Assembly: GCA_950097015.1 (NCBI GenBank)
Contig: CATNEN010000041.1
Coordinates: 2,170,001-2,234,000, forward strand
Direction: 5' to 3'
DNA: 64,000 bases
From: Macrostomum hystrix
Lineage: Eukaryota; Animalia; Platyhelminthes
Positions 35,678-46,884 of this stretch are shown here, piece by piece. The notes beneath the pieces are model-generated. The model saw only the letters and a program-made list of their open reading frames with translations. It had not been told where the DNA came from and searched no databases. Position numbers and translations under genes: made by a program. How positions within the stretch are numbered: position 1 is the stretch's first letter; every line of letters starts with the position of its first letter.

Positions 35678-38600
35678 ATGCAGCCTGCGTCAGCGCAGGG
35701 CAGCAACCCGCAACAGCAAAACGATGCCAACGACGTCACCGGTGGAACCCACAGAGAGGACTCCACCAAACCAAAAGGAGCACCAATGAGACCGCGACTG
35801 AGCAATCGGAGAACCCAGAATCTGCCGGCGTTTCTGCAGGGAGCGGTGCAACGTGCCGAGGCCCTCCAGGTCCCTCTCATGGCCGGTGAGATGAGCAACT
35901 TACCTGAGCGTAACTCCAGGACTGTTCGCGTCTTTATCAGCTCGACCTTCTCCGGTTTGATTTTTTCTCCGTTGCAAAATTTCTAACCAAATTTCAACTA
36001 GAAGAGTATAAATTTTTGCAAGCAAGCTTTTAAAACACACTGCAGACATGCATGTTGAACGAAACGTACTCATGCGGTACGTGTACCCGGAACTGAAGGA
36101 GTCGTGCCTGCTGAAGTATGGCCTGGCATTTCAGGTTGGATCGAGTTGTTGTCTATAAATCTGAATAAGCAAATTTTCCAATTACACTTAAAATAAAACA
36201 AATTCTAACCAGAGTTTGATTAGTTGAATAAAACTGCTGTCAGGCTGACAGAATCAGAAGTCTGGCAAATTACTCTTGTGAAAAAATATGGCCTAGGAAA
36301 ATTCCTGATACTCGTAATTTAGTCTAATTAGTCTATTGTTTGTCAAACCTAAATAAAAAAGTGCTAATTTGCTTCCTTACATGTATAACAATAGTAGCAA
36401 TAATATTTGCAGGAGGACTGTGGTGACTGGCACATAATTTGTTGACAGTCGACCATCAGCCAGCGACCTTGGTGAATTCCGCACACACGCACACAGATAT
36501 TGTACACAGGCACTCACTCGCTAAGGGGTGTACATCTGCATTGACTTTCTCATCGTCAGTCAGGTGTGCACTGTCACATGCCTTGGAGGTTGGCCCTCAA
36601 GGGCGTAAATTGCACGAAGCCGCCAAGCCTTCTATCCACGGCTGCGCCCCAAATGAATATGGCCTCGCCGCGGAATCGAGCTCAGGGACCTCGCCACGAG
36701 AGACAAACGCTCTGCCACTCACCCTCTTCCTAACATCATTAGCCTTGCACTGGGACAGTTGCTTGCCAACGGCCTCGAAAATTCCTTCCATCGCGTTCTT
36801 GCAGATCGTAGACATGCGCTGGGGAATTCAAGACGGGGCCTCGCTGGACCAGATGGCATCCGAGATTTGCTTCCGCGAAATTCAGCTGTGCCAGGAAACG
36901 TCTGTGGGACCGCACTTCCTGGTAAACAGCGATTTTCACTGTGATTTTTCTCCCGAGGATGCCCTCTGGCGCTCAAAACAATTCTTAGAAATATCCTTCA
37001 AATTCTACTTAGGTGATCTCGTATCTGAACTTATCCGATGAGTAGCTTAGCTTACAACGTGCTTAGTAACCTGAAAAAACATCTTGGTGCCCGCAGGCCC
37101 TTCTGGGGCATCGCTACGGTACAAAGAAATTACCATATACCGTTGAAAAGACTGTCCTGGACAACCTTATGCAGCAGATGAGCGACACTGCTGCACTTGA
37201 ACTAACAGAGAAATGGTATCGCAAAGATGATAACCAGCTTGAACCTGTGTATGTGCTGCAGCCAGTGCTTTTAAGTCCCGCGTCCGGCAAAGCAGCTACT
37301 TTCACTTGGGAGAAAGAAGAGAAGATGCTGCTCAACATTTTGGAAAATGCGTCTCGAGAAGCCGTCAAGTCTGGTAAAATTGACGAGGCAGAAGCGCTAG
37401 TATTTTGCTCATCGGTGACTGACCAAGAGGTGACGAAAGGAATAATAACATGCAAAGCCGACAGACGTCCGGACACGCTGCTGTGCATCAGGGAACTGAC
37501 TGACGTGCGCGACTTATTAAAGAGCGAAGTAGCTGATGTTTCCAGGTTTATTGAGACAACGATCGATGGGCAAGTTAACGAAAGCACTGTCCAAAGACTC
37601 GAAGAAATAAAAAGCTGTCTAAAGTCAGGCGCTATCCCATGCGAAAATATTATGGAGTACAAAACTACATATGGATCAGTAGCTGACACTGAAAGTATGA
37701 CAAGAACTGAATATGAAACAAAACTTGCAGCAGACCTGAAGCTCCAATTGCAAATACTGATTGACAGAGCAATCGAGAGAATCTCTGAGCTAGAGTCCGA
37801 CAGTCTGTACTCCGAGGTGTTGCAGCACTCGCACCAGTGTGTCAGCTCTGTCCGTCAGTTCCAAGGACGAGAAGACACAATGAGCCAGGTGAGGAGATAC
37901 ATCGAGAGTGAAGCCAGACACCCGCTCATGATTCACGGAGCCTCCGGCTGTGGAAAGACGTCGGTGATGGCTCGAGCTGCAAATCTCGCTCGACAATGGC
38001 TTCCCGAATCCGACAGAGAAGGCGCGATCGTGATCATCCGATTCCTCGGAACGAGTCCGTCGTCATCCAGCATCCGTCAGACACTGCGCTCGATCTGTCA
38101 ACAAATGGCTGTTGTCTTAGGGACATCAGAAGTGACTGACAGCATTCAGGAAATCGATTTCAGAGAGATTGTGAACAACTTTTACAAGCTGGCAGAGAAG
38201 CTCTGTCAACAATCTCGAAAGGTGTTAATCTTCCTCGACTCGGTTGACCAGCTTGATGCTTCAGACGGTGCTCACACACTGGGCTGGCTGAGACCCAACT
38301 TGCCGACTGGAATAAAGATTGTGCTCAGCTCACTTCCCGACATGTTCGACATTCTCGACTCGTGTCGCAGTCTTCTTCGAGACATTGACTCAAGCGAATG
38401 CTTTGTCGAGATTTGTGAGCTCAATCCGGAGCTGTGCTGTCACATTGTGAGAGACATGCTGACTGAGAGAGGTCGGTGTCTCACTGAGCCTCAGTGGTGT
38501 GTGTTGCGAGCTGCATTCGAAAAGTGCAGTCTCCCGATCTACATGAATCTCGTGTTCAACCAGGTGATGGCATGGAACTCGTACACTCCAGTAGACTCTC

Positions 38601-41600
38601 ACTCACTCGAGTACACAGTCCGAGGCGCGATCGAGCACCTGTTCAATCGTCTTGAGCGTCAGCACGGTCAGCTGCTCGTGTCTCACGCTCTCGCCTACAT
38701 TACCGCATCGAGGAGTGGTCTCGGAGAAGGAGAGATCGAGGACTTGCTATCGTTGGATGAGGAGGTTCTCGGAGAGGTGTTTGCGCACCACCTTCCGCCA
38801 TTCATCCGTCTTCCGCCATTGTGTTGGACTCGCGTTCGTCACGAGATCGGACCATACTTGGTAGAGCGCGAAGCAGACGAGGCTCGAGTGTTGACGTGGT
38901 ACCATAGACAGTTCTGGGAGGTGTGCCGCGATCGCTACTTCTCTAACGCAGAGTTCATGAGGCAGATGCACTCACGACTCGCGGACTACTTTCTTGGAGT
39001 ATGGTCCGATCGACCGAAGCCGTTCAAGTGTCCACCGAATCTGGCAGCAAAGCTGGCGAGACAGGTGAGTAACAAACGATCGTTAATGTGTCTGCAATGT
39101 TTATGAACTATTATTTTCTGACGTATACAAGTACAAATTTGTCTTCAGGGCACCCCTCCTCCGAGCGAAGCTGACAGACAGGTCCCTCAACAGCCTCATG
39201 TTCTTCAGCGAGACGACAGCGGATCAGTGCGCTTCAATCTAAGGAAGTTGAGCGAGCTGCCGTTCCACCTGCTCCGTAGCGGTCGCATTGATGACTTTCA
39301 TGATCACGTGACGTTCAACATGGACTTTCTCGAGTCAAAGCTGAGTGCCACATCTCACCACTTGCTGCTGCGAGACCTCCAGTTGTTCTTCGATGTGGAC
39401 GAGTCGGTCCGGGGTAGCGGATCCGACTCAGTAGACGCCGAGAGACTGTTCAATGCGATGAGGATCGCTGGACCGAGTCTGAGTCACAGTCCGTTGTGTC
39501 TTCCGGTGGACCTTTGCGGCCGGCTGAGATCATTCGCAGAGAGCTCGTCTCGGATTCGCAAGCTTCTGTCGGACTGCAGACATCGAGATCAGTCGACTTG
39601 CATATTGCCTCTGAACGGATGCTTTGACAGCGGCAGCAGCTACACGCACTGCGCAATTCAGAACCACTTGAGTGTGTCAAAGTTGTGCGAAAACAACAAG
39701 TTTTACACCATTGGGATTTCCGGTCTCAACGTCACGTGGTATGACCAAGACGGCGTCGTATGGAAGAGCGTGACCTGCGACAGGCTTCCCGTCTTGCATA
39801 TTGGATTGATGCCAGTTCTTTCCTCTAATGGTTGCTTTTTGACTGTTGACAAGGACATTACACAACAACATTTCAAGCTTTACAGAGGCAATCTGCTGAC
39901 AGGTGTATGGAAGTGTGTTCTTGATTTCATGCCGTCTGAAATTCCAGAGAACTTCTATAATTATCACGACCCTGTGCTTGCTGCTTGGGAGAATCACATT
40001 GTTCTACGCAGAGACAACTTTGATAAGATAGAGCAAGGCCTTTGCATCGTATTAAAACCATCGTTACCTACGAAAAGTGTTTGGCTCGTTGCGACGAAAA
40101 CTTCTCCACCGTTGCTGAGCAAGGATTTGTTTTTGTTTTATGTCGGATCACTCGTGCCGCCTTCATGGACTAGCGGCGACTCGTTTCAGCCTTCCTTTAG
40201 GCCCCGCGCGCTTGTTCTTGAAAACTTTCAAGAGGTAAATCTTCCCTCTTCAGAGTTTGATTCCGGGCTTTTAATTAACTTTAAGGCATTTGTTCGTGAC
40301 AATGATATTCTGCTTGTCACATCCAGCAAAGTGAGCCTTGAAAGCACAGCCATCGTCTTTACGATTCGTCGATTTGTCGTGGATGCTGCAAATGTTGTGG
40401 AGGACGTTTGCTCACAGGTCGAGTCTGAGCACGATCCAGGTGACAACTACAACGTCACAATGTCTCTCGATCGCATGACCATTGCAATATGTTTCACCTG
40501 CGTGAGAGAGAGCATGGGCTTTTTATTGAAGCTGCCCCACAGAGCATTCGTGCCTCTGGCTTTTCAACCGATTTTGCGGAAGTCAGTCGGCGTTGTGCTG
40601 TCCAAGTTCTCGAAGGTGCAGGCAAGCACTTTCCAGTTGTTCTTGAGTCACAATGGCGAATATCTGCTTTCGAAGACGCGAAGCCACTTCATGTTCAACA
40701 TTTGGTCTGGTCGTGACGGCTCGTTTCTGGCCGCGATCCCATTCTCGAGCCGCTTCTACTGTCTGGGCCAGATTCCCGGCACAGACCTGTTTCTGATCAA
40801 CACGATTCCTGTTAGCATTGCCAACTCCGCGTGCAATACGATCGTTGTGAATCTCAACAAGCTCGCCACAAGCTCGGCAATGCAAGGCAGCATAGTGACG
40901 GCCGAATGGTGCGTAGGCGGCACTTTCTCGTTCAGTCCTCATGAAAACAGTCTGGTGTCGTTCTACTTCGACAGACATCTTGGCGGCTCCGCTGCAGAAA
41001 TGAGCCTTGAATCAGGTGCCATGCAGGACATTCTGAAGCTGCCGCTTGAACTCTCAGACCCCACTGCTGAAGCGATTGATCAGATCGAAGCGAGATTTTC
41101 TCGCGAAATCAGCATGAAGCTGAAGAGTCGCAGTCTGCACCCTGACATTCGGGAGTTTGGTCTGGAGCTCTTCCAGGCACCGGGCAGCCTTCAAATGCGC
41201 ATCGCGGATGCCGAGACCGTCTTGAATGGAGGATTTGACGGAACTGACAAGAGCTTGACGAATGCAGTTTTCAATGTGAAGCATTTCTCAGGAGAGTATA
41301 AAGTGAATGACGTGACCGTTTCGGGGTCAGACATCTCTGATTTCATAAGCAAATTTTTGAACGAGAGAGGACTGAATTTCGTCATATCTAACCACAGAGC
41401 TCTGGATGCATTTCCTCTCAGCTACTTGATGGCGTCAGAACTGCCTCACGCGTTCAGCCGAACTTCAGTGCTGCCAGCCGTGCTCAGCACCGATGAGCGA
41501 AGGCTGCATCTTCTGCTGGTTGGGAATGCGAAGCCGCCAGCTCGGAGACCGGTCGACAGTGAACTGGCTGAAGTCGCAGCCCCAAAAGAGAGTGCAAACT

Positions 41601-43874
41601 CCGTTCCGAGCAGTTCCGAATCAGAGCAGTCTCGACTGCCAGAAGAGGAAGTTGGTGCCTATGGCAAGATCTGGGGCAGGGATTGCTCGCTTCTGTGCAG
41701 CGTGGATGTCGCGAATCGAGAGATGGACAAGTGCCTGAGTCTGCCAGTTTTGGAAGTCGGAGATGCCTTTATAAAGTTTGCAGGAAGACAGGTGGCCGTA
41801 GAGACTGTTAGAAAATCTGCTGAGAACTTTTTGCTGCTGCTTACGAATGCTTCATTCATGTGGACTAACTCTGATGGTGCAAGTCAACAGGAATTTGGTA
41901 TTTTTATTGCGCGCCATATATTCCAGCACATCCTTCATTTCATTCGACGCAAGCTCCAGGAATTCATGGCTGGAGCTCACGCAGACATTGACTTTTCGAC
42001 AAACGGCGAATTCTTGGCCCGTGAAATGAAAGCGTCTGTTAGCGATTATCTTCTTAAAACACCAGAAATTCTTGGAAAAATGATTCCGATCCAGCTGATC
42101 TCTCTGATTGACATGGATGAAATTGTAGAAAGAATGCTGTTTGCGGATCCAAGGATGAGCTTTCTGTCAATGAAGTATAACATCAAATTGAGCTCCACCG
42201 ACCGCTGCAGTCCAGCAATGATCCTCCAGCGCCCACTTCACCCTCATCACATGGTGGTGCTGTACCTGTGTGAGTCCGTCTCGAGCTACTCGGATGCGCT
42301 CGATCGTGAGCGAATGTGCTGGCCGGGTCGGCTGGTCGTGTGCGACACGAGCACAATGCAGGTGATGTCCGTGAGCAGCACCTTCGATGCAGGCGCTCTG
42401 TACCTGCTTCCGGACGGAGTTCACTGCATCACGTACCGGTTGAAGGTGTTCAACATTGAGACGGGTGATCTGGTTCGTGAACTAGATCCCGAGGACTCCG
42501 TTGTCCTCATCGACATGGTGGCCACTCCGGACCGTCGGCTGGTCATCGGCAAGCAACTGGAGATGCTTCGCGACCTGGAAACAATGGGTGACATTGCCAA
42601 GATTGCAAGCAATAATGACGAGAACAATCCGGATAGAGACAATTTTCTGTCGAGTCAGTCTACGCGGGGCTCAAGAGTAATTCAGGTAAGCTTGGTGTGT
42701 TGAAATTATGTTGCCTTACTTTTCTCATATACGGAAAGTTTCTCATTTTCTTGTACATTCGGGTTCTAGAAAACTTTTGATTTTGGCGAGATAAGTCCTT
42801 TCGCGAAATTCAATGATCGTAAAAGATATTTCTGAATTTCTGAATGCATCTAAGGCGACCATTGTACATTGAATGTCCACTAATATGTTTAGTTGGACTG
42901 TCAGCAAATTTATATATCTGGAATAAACTCAGAAAAATCATCTTCATTACAGGCCTACAACTCATTGGATGGCACTCTTGTTTTTAATTATCGCTTTGAG
43001 TTCGATCCGCTCGCCTTACTAGTACCGTCAAATGGGCGTTTGGTGATTCTGCTCAGGGACCATCCCATTCAGCTTTTCGAGATTGTTGATCCAACAGAGC
43101 GCTCTTCGGCTGAGGCAATCGAATCTGCCTTGCTGCGCATTGATTCGAAGAATGCCAATGCTGTGCTTGTGTCGGAAATTCTTAAGTCTGATTACCTGAA
43201 TTTTCTCAGTGAGTACCCCACACGGATCTTGTCTACGCATATTCTCTAGTATAGCTTGTAGAAGGCGCTATATAACAATTGGCCTGGCCTGCACAGTCAC
43301 AGTATTAGGGCTCAGCCAATGATGTTTGGGACTGGAGGGAACGCTTGTAGCTTGCGTCAGCTTGAGCGTCAATTGTGACCCAGGAGGGCCAGCCTCCAGG
43401 TCGCATTGGAGATGCGCGTCTGATGATGCGAAAGTTAGGACAGCCCTGAGAACACCTCTGTATGAGCGGATTCCGCAATTATCTTTCCTTGTTTGGGACA
43501 GGAAGCCACTTGTTCCGCGTGCTAATCTGGATTATTACTCAGTGTGTACCAAATTTTAACACCAATCGAGGGCGTCAATACGTGAACAATAGGGCGCTCG
43601 TAATTATAATTAGGGTTCCATATGTTACGGGTTGATTCTCAATAGCTTTCAGTCCTGATCGACTGAGCCATTAGAACTAGCATTGACGCTCTGCAAGTTA
43701 AATCACGGCATCCGCAGAGTGGATTATCGACGAATCAACTTAATTCCACTTGCAGAGTCGGTGCTGACCCAGGGACTGGCGCGCGTTGCCGAGTCGCGTC
43801 CACCAGACCCTATCGAATTCCTCGCTCGTTGGCTGCTACAGTTCGCAGCAGCTCAGTCCGCTGGACTGAATTAG
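35678..43874 (+). CDS. NWD1/NWD2-like STAND protein, copy B, intact, about 2120 aa (DUF4062-like, NACHT, propeller, Dpy-30 motif)
   Basis: Exons 35678-35954, 36046-36134, 36805-36921, 37097-39064, 39149-42685, 42953-43208 and 43756-43874. They sum to 6363 nt, all GT-AG with matching phases and no internal stop. Exon 2 and 3 sizes (89 and 117 nt) match copies A and C. Confidence 0.9.
36608..36726 (+). repeat. About 130-bp dispersed repeat, copy 2
   Basis: Aligns by eye with 26785-26912 in the same orientation. Confidence 0.65.
43756..43874 (+). other. Terminal exon of copy B encoding a Dpy-30/RIIa-like motif
   Basis: Acceptor TTGCAG at 43750-43755, phase 1. Translates [39 protein letters not shown]-stop. 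Confidence 0.82.
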
Positions 43875-45257
43875 CTTTCCTAATCTAATGTCAACTGGGC
43901 CGGTCAGGGAATGACCGGTTTGACTTGTTTACAATAGCAATCAGCGAGCTGGCTCGAGATTGGCTCGTTTGCTGGCTCGCTGTTTGTGATCGTGCGAGAA
44001 GTCGGTTTCAGAAACGATGCTTAAATTTAAGGACGAAGCTTAAAAACGCGCATAGGTAAGGGGCCGTACTATAAAGCTAGCATTTCCGTAAGTTCAAACT
44101 TAAGGAATAAAATTCACGCTGCCGAGGTAGGAGCTAAGATTCAACTTATCTTACGAACGCTTTATAGCACGACCCCTATTTTACTTATTTATTTTTATTG
44201 CACGACCCCCTTTAGGACTTCGAAGTATCACGCTTGATGTTATAAATTGTTTTCAACGCTGGCGAATTTGAAAATGTATCTTTTTTCTTGTATCAATCTA
44301 TTTTGTATCAATTTATTTGTATTTTTACCAATTTGTATCTATTTCGTATCAATGCATCAACTTTTCTTGCACTTGTCGAGGAAATAATAAAAAACTTTAT
44401 ATCGAGGGGGTTGGCGATGTAATAACAGGAGAGTGAGTGAGTGCGCGACTGTGGTAAGGGAAAGAGGCTAGAAGGTGAGATCTGGACCAATTAGAACGCG
44501 GCGTAACGAGAAAGATTAAATATTGAGGCGCAGAGCCAGACAGACAGAACTTAAGCGAGGTGAGAAACAGAGAGTGAAGGATGGCAGTCAAACAGACGAA
44601 AGGTGCAAAAGAATCAGAGAGAAGACATGGGTGTCCCGACACCACTTATTACTTCTGGTATCCGATAATCTTTGAGACTAGTGCTACTACGACAAAGCAG
44701 TAGTACGAGTAGATTAACACAAATATTTTTTGTTTTTAGCTGTGCATCTATAGTGACACAAAAGTGGCACTATATAAAGCTCCAAACTTCTTTTATTAAC
44801 TGGTCCCAAAGCGGCATAAAGCGTAAATTTATATAGCATAAAGCGCAACGCCAAAAAATTCTAACGCTATTAGAAAATGTGCAATTTCAGTTTGAGATAA
44901 CAGGAAACTTAGGTCAGCGGGCATGTGTAAAATATTCTCCCTAAGAAGCTACAACAGCGTCGCAGTGTTCCAACAACCTGTTCACATCTCGCTGTCGTGA
45001 GGCTCGCATCCAGTCCTTGGCCTCGCAACGGTTATTGGACACACGCTGCTCAAAGTCCTGCTTCTTCCAGTTGAATGGAAACCTGTCACACAGATTAAAG
45101 TCAAGGCTGTATGAAGCCAGTTGTAGTATTGTCCTGTTTCTTTGCTCAATATAGGCAATGAAAGTATAGGAGGAAGTTTTTCTTTTCGGTTTGCATAGCG
45201 CCTTTGCAACCATGGCACTAAACGGTGAAAGGTCTGGCTTTGGTGTCTGTGGCGACT

Positions 45258-46348
45258 ACTTAAGTACTTAACAAACTATCTATGGAGCATCGCATGAGTT
45301 GTACACATGGGACACCCGAAGTACTTAACAAACTATCTATGGAGCATCCCATGAGTTGTACACATGGGACACCCAAAGTACTTAAACTATCTATGGAGCA
45401 TCGCATGAGTTGTACACATGGGACACCCGAAGTACTTAACAAACTATCTATGGAGCATCGCATGAGTTGTACACATGGGACACCCAAAGTACTTAAACTA
45501 TCTATGGAGCATCGCACGAGTTGTACACATGGGACACCCAAAGTACTTAACAAACTATCTATGGAGCATCACACGAGTTGTACACATGGGACACCCAAAG
45601 TACTTAAACTATCTATGGAGCATCGCACGAGTTGTACACATGGGACACCCAAAGTACTTAACAAACTATCTATGGAGCATCGCACGAGTTGTACACATGG
45701 GACACCCAAAGTACTTAACAAACTATCTATGGAGCATCACACGAGTTGTACACATGGGACACCCAAAGTACTTAAACTATCTATGGAGCATCGCACGAGT
45801 TGTACACATGGGACACCCAAAGTACTTAACAAACTATCTATGGAGCATCACACGAGTTGTACACATGGGACACCCAAAGTACTTAAACTATCTATGGAGC
45901 ATCGCATGAGTTGTACACATGGGACACCCGAAGTACTTAACAAACTATCTATGGAGCATCGCATGAGTTGTACACATGGGACACCCGAAGTACTTAAACT
46001 ATCTATGGAGCATCGCACGAGTTGTACACATGGGAAAAACTATCTATGGAGCATCACACGAGTTGTACACATGGGACACCCAAAGTACTTAACAAACTAT
46101 CTATGGAGCATCGCATGAGTTGTACACATGGGACACCCAAAGTACTTAAACTATCTATGGAGCATCGCACGAGTTGTACACATGGGACACCCAAAGTACT
46201 TAACAAACTATCTATGGAGCATCGCATGAGTTGTACACATGGGACACCCAAAGTACTTAAACTATCTATGGAGCATCGCACGAGTTGTACACATGGGACA
46301 CCCAAAGTACTTAACAAACTATCTATGGAGCATCGCACGAGTTGTACA
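45258..46348. repeat. Minisatellite, 54/57-bp units, about 19 copies, between copies B and C
   Basis: Unit AACTATCTATGGAGCATCGCATGAGTTGTACACATGGGACACCCAAAGTACTTA with or without ACA. Confidence 0.95.
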
Positions 46349-46884
46349 GGGCCAGTAGCTGATATTGTTCGGGTAAAGGCTAGTTCACGCTGCCATAAGA
46401 CGAGACTAAAACACACGATTGTACGAGTACATTATTTTTTATGAGCATGCAGTGTGAGCAAGCCCTTGGGACTGTTCTGACAGTAAAGAAGCGGAGCCTT
46501 CGGACCGTTGAAAATTGACTATGCGTCTCTTTGTGTCCATGACTTTTCAATAATTTTATATACTCTTTTTGCACCATGTCTGCGTCTATTTCGCTGAGTT
46601 ATATTCATAGTTTTAACTAAATATACGGTATCTTTTGTTTTAAGTAGAACTAAGTGTCCTGTATCTTCTACACATATTAGCGAGCACACGTGTCTTGTGA
46701 GTAATTCCATTGCTGAAAGCAGATACAAATTTGCAAACTTTGCCTACTAGCTCTTAGACTGGCTTTGCCCTGTCCAGCCCGAGTTCAAGCGTCCATTCAT
46801 TATAAGAAGCAACATGTTGATGATGTTATAGAATCCAGGCCAATAGCCAATCATTTTCCAGCAAGTGTGTGAGAGCGCACCTGA

